Shown here piece by piece: positions 27,059 to 36,648 of a DNA stretch of 64,000 bases. The notes under the pieces were generated by a model. That model was not told the origin of the DNA and made no database searches. It saw nothing but the letters and a program-made list of their open reading frames with translations. A program made the translations under genes and the position numbers. Source of the stretch: a virus (Duplodnaviria; Caudoviricetes); IMG/VR virus record IMGVR_UViG_3300037515_000879, positions 18,258-82,257 of that record. One strand, 5' to 3'. Positions within the stretch are counted from its first letter, which is position 1; every line of letters begins with the position of its first letter.

Positions 27059-27237
27059 TGGAAACAACAAGTAGATTTAAAAATGTCATTGAAACGCACC
27101 TAAAATTTAGGGCGTTTCAAGACCCTTTGTTTGCAAAATCCTTAAAAAAGGAAAATAAAAATATCGATGATTGTGTTAAATACATATTGAACACTGTCAA
27201 AAACAGTGGTGTAAATGGTTTCGATGATAATGATTAA
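27058..27237 (+). pseudogene. Truncated PcfK-like protein (59 aa)
   Basis: FKNVIETHL..RA..DPLFA....KENKNIDDCVKYILNTVKNSGVNGF matches the N-terminus of Bacteroidota PcfK proteins, then stops early. Confidence 0.6.
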
Positions 27238-27269
27238 ACTTGAAAATCAATTTGATAAACTTTAAAATT

Positions 27270-27449
27270 ATGGCAAATAACAAGAAACAATATCGGGTTA
27301 CTTGGATTATAGAACTCGATGCATATAATGAATTGGATGCCGCACAACTGGCTCTTGAAATACAAAGAGATTCAGGAAGTGAAGCGTTAAATTTTGAGGT
27401 AACCGAACTTGGGGCTGGAAACCTTGTCCATGTTGATTTAAATGGATGA
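27270..27449 (+). CDS. Hypothetical protein (59 aa)
   Basis: MANNKKQYRVTWIIELDA... Confidence 0.65.
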   Translation: MANNKKQYRVTWIIELDAYNELDAAQLALEIQRDSGSEALNFEVTELGAGNLVHVDLNG

Positions 27450-28860
27450 TAAAAAGCCATTGATTCCACCAGTACCAAGAAGTCCTGTTCCAGGGCCACC
27501 CGAAACAACGGTGTTTAAAAGTTCTATTGTTAGTTTTGGCCCTGATAAGGCTGTGCCTCAAGCAACAGAACTGGAACAAGTAATTCTTGGTGCGCTGATG
27601 ATTGATAGAAAAGCCATCGATGAAGTTGTCAACCTTTTAAAACCCGAATATTTTTATTTGGATATTCATAAAACAATATTCGAAGCAATCCATTTGGTTT
27701 TTAATGACAATATAGGTGTTGATTTGTTGACCGTTTCTGAACGTCTGAAACGTATGAACAAATTGGCAACAATAGGTGGTGATTATTATCTTATATCATT
27801 GACGCAAAGAGTGTCCTCTTCGGCCCATATAGAATTTCATTCAAGGATTGTAATCCAAAAATATGTATTGAGGTTCTTAATCAAAATGTCTTATGATGTT
27901 GTTGATAAATCATATCATCATGATCCGGACATATTTGATTTAATAGATGGTATTGAGAATGATTTGGCCAATCTTCAAAGCAATGTGATTCGTTCCGGTG
28001 GTTCTTCTTATAGTGATGCCAAAACAGAACTATATGAAAAAACAAAAGCCGTGGAAGCTGGAGAGCCTCCGGGCATATTTACGGGATTGTGGGAATTTGA
28101 TGATTGGTGTGGTGGTTTCCAAAAACGGGAACTTATTACTATTGCAGCAAGACCTGGAATGGGTAAAACTACAGCTATATTGTCAATATGCGCAAAGGCT
28201 TCTTTTGATAAAAATATCCCTGTTGCATTTTTCAGTCTTGAAATGGCTGAAGCAGATTTAAAGGCTAGACTGGCCGCTCGCGGATTGCAAATAGACTATG
28301 AAAAAATAAGACAGGGAAAATTGGAAGCTTCAGATCTTCATAAAGTCATAGCTTATTATGATTTCATAGATAAAAGCAAGTTGACAATTGTTGATAGAAT
28401 CAATAGACATCAGATTATTATCAAGAAAATACGTGATTTGGTACAAAGGAACGGTGTCAAAATGGTTGTTATTGACTACGTTCAATTAATCAAATTGTCC
28501 GAGGTTGGTTCAGGTGATAGAACTGGTGAATTGAATGTGATTACGAGAGATTTGAAGGCATTGGCAAACGAGCTTAACATTCCTATTATAATTGTGGCTC
28601 AATTAAGTAGGGGTGTTGATAACAGAAGTAGCAAAAGACCAATATTGTCAGATTTGAAACAATCAGGTTCAATTGAAGAGGATTCTGATACTGTAATCTT
28701 TTTGTTGAGAATGGCTTATTATGAACAAGAGTTGGGAAAATTGTTGCCGCCACATATTATTGGCAAAACAGAGTTTATAGTTGCAAAAGGCCGGCATATA
28801 GGTGTTAGAAATTTTTGGACATATTTAGACTTTAATAATTATGATTTTCGAAGTGAATAA
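27442..28860 (+). CDS. dnaB: Replicative DNA helicase DnaB
   Basis: LEQVILGALMID, IAARPGMGKT, FFSLEM, IDYVQLI, AQLSRGV, DLKQSGSIEEDSD. Confidence 0.97.
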   Translation: MDDKKPLIPPVPRSPVPGPPETTVFKSSIVSFGPDKAVPQATELEQVILGALMIDRKAIDEVVNLLKPEYFYLDIHKTIFEAIHLVFNDNIGVDLLTVSERLKRMNKLATIGGDYYLISLTQRVSSSAHIEFHSRIVIQKYVLRFLIKMSYDVVDKSYHHDPDIFDLIDGIENDLANLQSNVIRSGGSSYSDAKTELYEKTKAVEAGEPPGIFTGLWEFDDWCGGFQKRELITIAARPGMGKTTAILSICAKASFDKNIPVAFFSLEMAEADLKARLAARGLQIDYEKIRQGKLEASDLHKVIAYYDFIDKSKLTIVDRINRHQIIIKKIRDLVQRNGVKMVVIDYVQLIKLSEVGSGDRTGELNVITRDLKALANELNIPIIIVAQLSRGVDNRSSKRPILSDLKQSGSIEEDSDTVIFLLRMAYYEQELGKLLPPHIIGKTEFIVAKGRHIGVRNFWTYLDFNNYDFRSE

Positions 28861-28892
28861 TATATATTTGTTATATATATATAACATTTAAT

Positions 28893-29180
28893 ATGAACAA
28901 ACAAGATTTAATTAAAAAAGTCTCCACGCTAACAGGTTATAGCGAGGAAATCGTTAAAAACATTATTAACGAAACTATTGATTCCATTAAGGATAACCTT
29001 TATTTTGGAATAGATGTTCACATTATGGGTTTCTTAAGCCTTGTTCTTGTAAAGAAAAAAGCTTCTATACTTAGAAATCCAAAAACGGGAGAAAAGGTCA
29101 TGAAACCAAAACGATATGACGTTAAAATAACACTTTCCCGTATTTTCAGAAAAAAAATTGAAAGCAAAACCGTTTATTGA
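28893..29180 (+). CDS. HU/IHF-family DNA-binding protein
   Basis: MNKQDLIKKVS...GF....RNPKTGEKV; promoter at 28863-70. Confidence 0.9.
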   Translation: MNKQDLIKKVSTLTGYSEEIVKNIINETIDSIKDNLYFGIDVHIMGFLSLVLVKKKASILRNPKTGEKVMKPKRYDVKITLSRIFRKKIESKTVY

Positions 29181-29467
29181 TGTTTAATCCCAGAAGTAAT
29201 TTTAAACCGGTTCCAAAATATTACATAAAAAATATATTGGATGATGAAATCTTTAATAGCGATGCTTTCAACAAACACGTAAAACAAGTTTCACTTAATA
29301 TAAATATGGATGAAAAAACAGTAAAAAAAGTATTAGTAAGTTATTTTATGAACATAGCGTTCGTACTTAACACCGTTAGAAAAATTAAAACAAAGATTAA
29401 CGTACTTGGTTTCTTTTCCCTGATTGTTAGGGATGGATATCTTTACAAAAAAAAAATTAAATCATGA
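29177..29467 (+). CDS. Degenerate HU/IHF-like protein
   Basis: VKQVS....MDEKTVKKVL...INVLGFFSL, without the DNA-binding arm. Confidence 0.55.
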   Translation: MMFNPRSNFKPVPKYYIKNILDDEIFNSDAFNKHVKQVSLNINMDEKTVKKVLVSYFMNIAFVLNTVRKIKTKINVLGFFSLIVRDGYLYKKKIKS

Positions 29468-30414
29468 GTAAGTTTACAGCCCCTGTGGGCGATTCAAAGA
29501 AAATTGAAAATGTGGAATTGATACCTAGGGGTTTTCAATTATGTACATTTTATGCACTTGTTGATATTGGAACTCAAAAGACAAATTTTGGTGATAAACA
29601 CCAAGTTAAATTGTCATTTGAATTTCCACAACATTATCGTAAGTTTTACGAAGATAGGGATCCGCAACCAGCATCAATATTTTGTACGGAAACATTGAGC
29701 ATGAACAAGGAAAGCAATTTGCGAAAGAAATATGTTCAGCCAATGGCCGGAAAGGTGATGACAGATGAAGAAGCTGAAAATTTTGATATTTCCATATTGC
29801 TTGGAAAAAGCTATGTTGCCACGGTTTCACATTCTCCCGATGGTAAATGGGCAAACATAGATTCCATTGTTCCATTGGATTCAAATAACTGTAAAATGTT
29901 TGGTGTAAGTCCTCAAGGTGTACAATCAATAAATAGCATTGAATTTTTTCATCTTTCTGAAGGATTTGATTCCATGGCGTTTGGACATTTAAACAATTAT
30001 TTCAGAGATCTTGTCATTGGTTCAGAAGAAGGAAGAAAATATGCTGCTTCTGGTGGAAAATTCCATGATAAGATAGATTCTAGTGGACAGCAATCACAAA
30101 CTTCTGTTGCTGGACCACCGAGTTCTTTAAAGGTTCAAATGAATCCAGGATCAGCTCCTTATGAAGCAATGATTGCTGCTGGATGGATAGATAAACTTTT
30201 AGTGGAACATGGACACGCAAAATGGATTGAGGCTGTTGCGCCTCCAGTTGTTTCTCCGCCACCTTCAGTTCCATCAACTCCGACGGCTACTCCGCCACCT
30301 GTTGTTAAGAAACTTGTTTTTAAAGATCCAGGCGCCGCTCCTTTAGAGGATTGGATTAAAAATGGTTGGACTGAAGAAAAAATAGTTTCTGAAGGATATG
30401 CGACTTTTCAATAG
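29464..30414 (+). CDS. Phage SSB-like / NGO0469-family replication protein
   Basis: YALVDIGTQ...V.L.FE...TLSM...SNLRK...FDISILLGK; Pro-rich C-terminal linker. Confidence 0.7.
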   Translation: MSKFTAPVGDSKKIENVELIPRGFQLCTFYALVDIGTQKTNFGDKHQVKLSFEFPQHYRKFYEDRDPQPASIFCTETLSMNKESNLRKKYVQPMAGKVMTDEEAENFDISILLGKSYVATVSHSPDGKWANIDSIVPLDSNNCKMFGVSPQGVQSINSIEFFHLSEGFDSMAFGHLNNYFRDLVIGSEEGRKYAASGGKFHDKIDSSGQQSQTSVAGPPSSLKVQMNPGSAPYEAMIAAGWIDKLLVEHGHAKWIEAVAPPVVSPPPSVPSTPTATPPPVVKKLVFKDPGAAPLEDWIKNGWTEEKIVSEGYATFQ

Positions 30415-30545
30415 GAACCATTGTTGAGCAACGCAATGTGGTTCCAATTGTTCTCAAAATTCCTGTAAAGGAGAAAGAGGAAGAAGTTGTAACTATCTTT
30501 GATGGTGGTCCACATCTTGGTGATGAAGATGACTTGCCTTTTTAA
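30408..30545 (+). CDS. -1 frame extension of the SSB-like gene ending in ...GDEDDLPF*
   Basis: 45 open codons with an SSB-type acidic tail; stop overlaps the next ATG (TAATG). Confidence 0.65.
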   Translation, partial: SIGTIVEQRNVVPIVLKIPVKEKEEEVVTIFDGGPHLGDEDDLPF

Positions 30546-30925
30546 TGCATCAGTTTATTTGTATTGTTCAAGAGGGAAAAATAGTACCTCTTGAACATTC
30601 CAAAAAAAAGTTTTTCAATAAGCTTATCAATAGTTATTCAGACTTAAATAAAAAGTTTAAGGTAACTATTGAAAATATTGAAAAAAATATTAATGAAAGT
30701 CAAATTTCTTTATACAGGGCTTTTATAATCAAATCATCGGAACATTTTGGGGTTTCATATAATGAAATGCAAAAAATGTTGATGGTTTATTGGCCTTTGG
30801 ATTTGAGTTCGTCTGTTTTAGAGGTTAAATATAAAGATGTTGATAAGTGGAGCAATGAGGATCTTGATTTATTTATAACAAAAGCCTCTTCGCATTTAGG
30901 CGAATATGGCTTTAAATTCGAATGA
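30545..30925 (+). CDS. NinB/Orf-like recombination accessory protein
   Basis: Q..LY........HFG......M...........FI......L.EYG pattern. Confidence 0.45.
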   Translation: MHQFICIVQEGKIVPLEHSKKKFFNKLINSYSDLNKKFKVTIENIEKNINESQISLYRAFIIKSSEHFGVSYNEMQKMLMVYWPLDLSSSVLEVKYKDVDKWSNEDLDLFITKASSHLGEYGFKFE

Positions 30926-31103
30926 TATGCTATACATAATAGTGGCACAAGCCGCGAGAATGGCCGTAATATGGACGGTGAACGCAACGACCAGAAAGGT
31001 CTTGAAAACAATAGCCATAGGGTCAATTACATTTTATCTTGTAAAAAGGTATAAATTTTTAAAACAGCGAGATGAAAGAAGAAACCTTCACACTAACAAG
31101 TAG
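30906..31103 (+). CDS. Small hypothetical protein
   Basis: Fills the operon gap; start uncertain. Confidence 0.4.
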   Translation: MALNSNDMLYIIVAQAARMAVIWTVNATTRKVLKTIAIGSITFYLVKRYKFLKQRDERRNLHTNK

Positions 31104-32439
31104 TCAAGAAGTTTTACGTGAAAAACTTAAAGCATTTTTAGATAGTACTGAACGTATGTTTCTTTTGATTGGAAAGCCAGGTGTCGGAAAAACCACAATG
31201 ACAAAAATTGTTCTTGAAAAACTTATAACACTTGATCGTGAAAATAAGTTGACAGGAGTAAATGCGAATGTAGTTGGAATTGCTTTGGCACATCAGGCAA
31301 AAAATGTGCTTGGTGAACATATTCCCAATGTATATACTTTTGCAAGTGCTTATGGCATGAAAGAGACATTTCTGGAAAACGGTGCAAGAGTGTTTGAATA
31401 TAATAAATATCAAAAGGATATTCCTATTGGAGAATGTTGTATTCCGGTATTTGTACATGATGAAGTTTCTCAATATACAGAAGAAATGTTGAAAATTGTC
31501 CTTGAAAAAACACCCATATTCAGTAAAATAATATTGATGGGCGACAAAGGGCAGTTGCCACCAATAGATTTTCGAAATGAAAGAAATGACAATGATAGTC
31601 CTGTCTTTGATTTAGATCTTCCTGAAGAGTGTAAACATGAGCTAACAGAACGCGTCAGACAAAGTGAAGGAAATCCAATATTGGATCTTTCTGATATGAT
31701 ACGTGAAGAAATATTTGGAAATCAAAATATAAATAAGGTATTAAAAACAATATCAAGTCCAAGTCTAAATAATGGTCATGGGTTTGATTTTATTCCTTAT
31801 TCCAAATTGAACGAACATATTGAAAAGAAAAATAAGTTGAACACTAGGGTCATTGCCTTTAGAAAAAAGACGGTTGAATATTTCAATATTTCAATAAGGA
31901 ATTTTGTTCTTGACAATCCAAAAGAAATGTTCATAAAAGGTGATATTGTTTGTATGCTTGATAATTATTATCATATGGAAGCTGAAAACATAGTTACCTA
32001 TATTTTGCACAATTCAGATATTTTCAGGCTTACAAAAGTCCATAAAAGGTATCAGAAATTCAGCGATAATCACAAAATGCACAAAATAGAAGTTTATATT
32101 GGAAATATCGATAGTCAAAAAGACAAACAATTGATTGTTCCAACAAAAGAGGGTCAAAAAGAGGTTGACAAAATATTGTTGGAGCTTGCTGCAAAATGTC
32201 GTGAGAAAAAAGCAAAATGGGTGGATTTTTGGGACTTTAAAAAACACTTTTGTATTTGTACCTATGGATATGCTGTAACGGCCTACAAATCGCAGGGGAG
32301 TACTTATGACAGTGTTTATGTAGATATCAATGACATATTATTGACATTACCGTTAACACCAAAAAGAAAGCTTCAAACGATTTATACTGCCATTACAAGA
32401 GCCAGGGAAAATGTTTATTTTCTAAAATCGAAAATATGA
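31072..32439 (+). CDS. SF1B helicase (Dda/RecD-like)
   Basis: GKPGVGKTT, HDEVSQ, GDKGQLPPI, YAVTAYKSQGSTY, YTAITRAR. Confidence 0.92.
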   Translation: MKEETFTLTSSQEVLREKLKAFLDSTERMFLLIGKPGVGKTTMTKIVLEKLITLDRENKLTGVNANVVGIALAHQAKNVLGEHIPNVYTFASAYGMKETFLENGARVFEYNKYQKDIPIGECCIPVFVHDEVSQYTEEMLKIVLEKTPIFSKIILMGDKGQLPPIDFRNERNDNDSPVFDLDLPEECKHELTERVRQSEGNPILDLSDMIREEIFGNQNINKVLKTISSPSLNNGHGFDFIPYSKLNEHIEKKNKLNTRVIAFRKKTVEYFNISIRNFVLDNPKEMFIKGDIVCMLDNYYHMEAENIVTYILHNSDIFRLTKVHKRYQKFSDNHKMHKIEVYIGNIDSQKDKQLIVPTKEGQKEVDKILLELAAKCREKKAKWVDFWDFKKHFCICTYGYAVTAYKSQGSTYDSVYVDINDILLTLPLTPKRKLQTIYTAITRARENVYFLKSKI

Positions 32440-32574
32440 TGGGAGATTCATATTTGGAAAGCAAGAATAAAAGTATTGATTTTTCAAAAACAATGTACCA
32501 TTTTACAATTATACTTTACACAAAAAAGTTTTACAGAAATAAAATTAAAGAGTTTAAAAATAAATTAGAAAATC

Positions 32575-33468
32575 ATGGAAAGAGCGAAATTTACAGCTCC
32601 GGTCAATAATTATGAACAAGTCAATTTTTCCAAAAAGAAAATTGATAAGGTTGCCTTGATTGATGCCGATAGATATAAGCATCTTGTTACATATCGTATG
32701 TGGCAAAAGCTTATGGATGAAGGAGAGCCGCACACGACCTCAATGTTAAATGAAATCATTGATAGATATTTATCAAATGACATATTTAGTTTATTTGAAG
32801 CTAAAGCCTACATATTTTGTTTTAGCGCACCATCTGGATTGGTTTTTAGAAATGCCATTGCACAAGCAAAAAAATATAAAGGTGGAAGAGCCAAGGACGA
32901 TCCTTATTTCTATACCAATAAATATGAAGACATGGCTTATGTCTATGAGTATATAAATGAGAGATATCATACTTTGTTTTTTGAAGATCTTGAGGCTGAT
33001 GATATTTTATCGATGCTTCAATGTGAAAATACTTTTATATTCTCACACGACAAAGACTTAAAACAGGTTCCGGGCTGGCATTGGGATATATTGAAATATG
33101 ATCTTGTAATCATTTCCGAAGAAGAAGGATTTAAAAATCTTTTATATCAGATATTACAGGGCGATAGCACAGATAATATTTCTGGCCTTCAGGGGTTTGG
33201 TGAAAAAGCCCTTGAAAAATTTAAGACTGATATAGATGGTCCTTCAATAAAGGCCGAGCATCTTGTTTACCATATCATGAAGCTTTATACTGATAGATAT
33301 GGTATATTAAAAGGTTTTGATACATTTGTTGAAATGTGGAGTTTGGTTTCACTAAGACTTGATCGGGGAGCTTATAACCGGGATAAATATGCGACTGCAT
33401 TTTATCTGATTGAAAAACTTTGTAAAGATGCAAATAACAGCGGAGATATCGATAGCACTAATGTTTAG
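32575..33468 (+). CDS. 5'-3' exonuclease / flap endonuclease (T5/T7-like)
   Basis: LIDAD, LEADD, HDKDLKQVPG, GDSTDNI.G..G.GEK. Confidence 0.92.
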   Translation: MERAKFTAPVNNYEQVNFSKKKIDKVALIDADRYKHLVTYRMWQKLMDEGEPHTTSMLNEIIDRYLSNDIFSLFEAKAYIFCFSAPSGLVFRNAIAQAKKYKGGRAKDDPYFYTNKYEDMAYVYEYINERYHTLFFEDLEADDILSMLQCENTFIFSHDKDLKQVPGWHWDILKYDLVIISEEEGFKNLLYQILQGDSTDNISGLQGFGEKALEKFKTDIDGPSIKAEHLVYHIMKLYTDRYGILKGFDTFVEMWSLVSLRLDRGAYNRDKYATAFYLIEKLCKDANNSGDIDSTNV

Positions 33469-33697
33469 GATTGCAGAGCTTTATCCTAAAAACATTATTT
33501 ATATGCCTATTGAAGATAGACGTGAAAACGGTGATGTTTATTGGGATTGTGCTATTTGTGAATGGCACAATGATTTTGTTGGAGAAACCGTTTATGCCTT
33601 TGAAAAATATCTTCATCCTTCAAGAGAAACGGCTTTAAATGAAATGGATGTCTTTGTTAAATATATTGTTGATACAGTAAAAATAATGTCAAATTAA
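33410..33697 (+). CDS. Hypothetical protein
   Basis: Co-directional ORF; start probably later than in the track. Confidence 0.55.
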   Translation: MKNFVKMQITAEISIALMFRIAELYPKNIIYMPIEDRRENGDVYWDCAICEWHNDFVGETVYAFEKYLHPSRETALNEMDVFVKYIVDTVKIMSN

Positions 33698-33701
33698 ATT
33701 T

Positions 33702-33854
33702 ATGAAATTAACCAAATATCATAAAGATGTTTTTTTTGCTAAAATCTGTCCTTATTGTAAATCCAGTACAATTAATGTTCCTGAAAAATATATTTATGGA
33801 AAAACCTATAATAAAAAATTGATTAAATGTCTTATTATTAACTTTAATATTTAA
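33702..33854 (+). pseudogene. Truncated Zn-finger (DUF3268-like) remnant, 50 aa
   Basis: ICPYCK...YIYG.......KC, then an early stop. Confidence 0.4.
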
Positions 33855-33858
33855 AATC

Positions 33859-34929
33859 ATGAAAACAAAAACAGAAGAAGAAGTTCAAGAGGTTGTAATA
33901 TTGACCGAAGAACAAATTGAATCGCTTCCAAAAGAAGTAAAGGAGAATGTTGTGTTTCTTACAGAAAAAGTAAATACTACAGATTTAGCTAAATTAAATC
34001 CAGTTGTTACTGAATTGATTGGCATTAGAGAGGATGGTGAAAATTTAAAATTTATTCCTGCCGATAAAGATGGAAATTTTGATAAAGACAACATACAGTC
34101 TTTTGTTGATGTAAAAAAACGGGTAAGATCATTTAGGGCTCGTGTTAAAGATGTTGCCAAACAAATGAAGGAAGAACCGGCAAAAATAACCAAGGCTATT
34201 ATTGCTATTGAAAAAACCTTCATTGACGAAGCTACTGTTGTTTATGATAATGCTGAAAAGGAATTTGATGTATATATTAAGGCAGAGGACGAAAAAGCCA
34301 AAGCCAAACAGGAAGCTAAAAACAAAGCCTTGTTAGATGCTGTAGATGAAGCTTCAAAAGCCAAAGAAGAGGCGAATTTAAAACTTAAAGTTTCGGAAAT
34401 ATATAATAAAATCAAATATGATATTATTACAAAATCTATTGTTGAAAATGTAAGCGAAGCTCTTTTGAATGCCAATGAAGCTCGTTTAAAAGAACTCAAT
34501 GAAGAAATCAATAAAACTTCTTATTCTTCAATTGTTGAGGATATTGATATTTCTATATTGGCACAGGAAGTACGTGTTGAACTTCAGGAATTTTATTTAA
34601 CAGCTAGAAGTAGGTCAATAAAATTGATAAATGAAAAATTGGCCGCAATTGCTATTGAAAAAAAGAATGTGCTTTTAGAAAATGAAAACGCTAAATTTGT
34701 TTCACATAGCTCGGCTGTTCCAAATTTACCTCCTGTTCAGGAAAAAGAGCCTTCCATGGTTGATCCATTGAATGATATTGATCAATGGCCCGACAATGTT
34801 TTTATTGATTATATTTTTAAAGAGGCAAATAAATTGTTATTTTTAACGAGTGATAGGATTCAGAAGAAACCTCATTCCAATCCAAAAATCTACGATTTAC
34901 GAAACCTACTTTATAGATTTAAACAATAA
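33859..34929 (+). CDS. Coiled-coil protein (DUF1351/Gam-like)
   Basis: Long heptad-rich helices; typical of phage recombination modules. Confidence 0.55.
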   Translation: MKTKTEEEVQEVVILTEEQIESLPKEVKENVVFLTEKVNTTDLAKLNPVVTELIGIREDGENLKFIPADKDGNFDKDNIQSFVDVKKRVRSFRARVKDVAKQMKEEPAKITKAIIAIEKTFIDEATVVYDNAEKEFDVYIKAEDEKAKAKQEAKNKALLDAVDEASKAKEEANLKLKVSEIYNKIKYDIITKSIVENVSEALLNANEARLKELNEEINKTSYSSIVEDIDISILAQEVRVELQEFYLTARSRSIKLINEKLAAIAIEKKNVLLENENAKFVSHSSAVPNLPPVQEKEPSMVDPLNDIDQWPDNVFIDYIFKEANKLLFLTSDRIQKKPHSNPKIYDLRNLLYRFKQ

Positions 34930-34932
34930 ACT

Positions 34933-35691
34933 ATGATAGCAATTAAATTTCCAGCCTTACATAAGGCTCTTATGAAAAATGTAAAAGATTTGGACGAAGA
35001 TGATCCTAGAAAAGGGATTATTGTTTTGAACGACAACGCCATTGTGTTTTCGGATCATTTTTGTCTTGTCTGTAATCTCTTCGATTTTTTTACCATTGAA
35101 TCAGGAATTGAAGATGATAAAGAAATCGAAGAACTGAAGCGTATTTTGTTCTTTATGGATGGCCAGATATTCAGTCAGGAATTTTGGACCGAAATAACTA
35201 AGTTTTCACATATGAAAATAGACAAGGGAAGTCTTTATATTGAAAACCCAAAATATTCAAAAGATTTGCATCAAAAAGAATTGGATGTTAATTTCATTGA
35301 ACCATTAAGCAAACTAAATAATGTTTCCAATCAAGGGATAAATAGTGTTGAGGCCATTGCTTTGCCATTTGGTGCCTTGAAATCCATTTATGATACTTTA
35401 TCTTCAGAATTTAAAAATGATTTGATAGTTCTTGAATTTACAGGTCAGGATATGCCAGTAAAATTTACATTCAGAAAACGAAAACATTTTTATGGCTTTA
35501 TAAGCCCACACTATGATTCTGCACAGGAAGGCTTCAAGTTTGAACTGTTGGAAGAGTTGATTGTTTCCACGGAAAAAATGCTCAATGACCTTAAAGAAGA
35601 GGAAAAAAATAAAGTTATTCCACCACCTCCAGTTTTTGAAACTGTTGAAGTTGAAGAGAGCAACACAAATCAATTAAATATAATAGTTTGA
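34933..35691 (+). CDS. Hypothetical protein, possible sliding-clamp-like C-terminal domain
   Basis: IALPFGALKSIY......IVLEFTGQDMPVKF.....GFISP. Confidence 0.45.
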   Translation: MIAIKFPALHKALMKNVKDLDEDDPRKGIIVLNDNAIVFSDHFCLVCNLFDFFTIESGIEDDKEIEELKRILFFMDGQIFSQEFWTEITKFSHMKIDKGSLYIENPKYSKDLHQKELDVNFIEPLSKLNNVSNQGINSVEAIALPFGALKSIYDTLSSEFKNDLIVLEFTGQDMPVKFTFRKRKHFYGFISPHYDSAQEGFKFELLEELIVSTEKMLNDLKEEEKNKVIPPPPVFETVEVEESNTNQLNIIV

Positions 35692-36395
35692 TGGCCTTTA
35701 AAGCACCTACCAATACCACCGAAAACCCTTATGAAATGTATTTCCGGTGGTATTGTGATGATTTGATAAAACATGGTTATTTGGAAAGTTTCGAGCGTGA
35801 AGCTGAAAAATTTAGAGTATTGCCAAAGGTGGATTATAAAAGGGAAAAACACCTTAAAACGAAGGAAAATGGTTTTGAAACAATAAGTCTTTTTCCTGAA
35901 ACGAATTATACCTATGATTTTAGGTTGATATGGTCAGAAAAAGCTTTGTACATATTTACAGAGCCCATAGAGTTTGATGGTTTTTTTGTTTTTGGACATC
36001 CACCGTTTGTTTCCAATTGGATTGAAATCAATGGCGTTGTAAAAATGGTTTCATACATTGATGTGAAACCACATTATAAAGCCGTTGAGTTTGGTGGTGG
36101 AAAAATGAAATCCTATTATACTTTTCCATTTATTCAGAAGTATTTATATATGACCAAGGGTCTATATATAAACAAAACAATTCCTATACATACGGGCAAA
36201 CATGGTATTTCAACGTGTCTTTTTGCCTCAACTTTTACTCCTACTAGATATGTATATACTGATAAATCTGGAGAAGAACGAAAAATTCCTTTTAGAAAAA
36301 AAGGTATTCTTGCTTATTGTGAGCAGAAATCAAAAATAGTTGATGAATTGCTATTTATAAAAAAGAATAAATCAACACAAGTTACATTATTATAA
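35688..36395 (+). CDS. PD-(D/E)XK endonuclease (DUF1064-like)
   Basis: E..Y...C...........YTYDF...YIDVKP......F...QK. Confidence 0.6.
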   Translation: MMAFKAPTNTTENPYEMYFRWYCDDLIKHGYLESFEREAEKFRVLPKVDYKREKHLKTKENGFETISLFPETNYTYDFRLIWSEKALYIFTEPIEFDGFFVFGHPPFVSNWIEINGVVKMVSYIDVKPHYKAVEFGGGKMKSYYTFPFIQKYLYMTKGLYINKTIPIHTGKHGISTCLFASTFTPTRYVYTDKSGEERKIPFRKKGILAYCEQKSKIVDELLFIKKNKSTQVTLL

Positions 36396-36401
36396 ATAAT
36401 C

Positions 36402-36472
36402 AAAGAGCCAATCGAACGAGTCTAATAAGTTTAAAATTATAACATAAGATCTTATTAGGGTTGGCTCTTTTT
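36402..36472 (+). terminator. Long hairpin terminator
   Basis: AAAGAGCCAA/TTGGCTCTTT outer stem, CTAATAAG/CTTATTAG inner stem, U-tract. Confidence 0.7.
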
Positions 36473-36486
36473 AATTTTAATGAAAT

Positions 36487-36648
36487 ATGGTTAAAATAAA
36501 ATATTGTTGGACTTGGAGCTTGTCAGAATGTAAAAAACGTAAGGAAGAATTAAAATCCAAAAAACCTTATATTGGGTTTTGGAGTGATTTATATGATATA
36601 GAAGGGAACGAATATTTTTTAAAAAAAATATTCTTAAAACCTTTATGA
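36487..36648 (+). CDS. 53-aa hypothetical protein (not in ORF track)
   Basis: MVKIKYCWTWSLSECKKRKEEL... Confidence 0.4.
   Translation: MVKIKYCWTWSLSECKKRKEELKSKKPYIGFWSDLYDIEGNEYFLKKIFLKPL

Noticed and set aside
30412-30466. TAG readthrough as the route to the DDLPF tail
   Set aside because: Frame-0 readthrough gives EPLLSNAMWFQLFSKFL* and not DDLPF; the tail is in the -1 frame.
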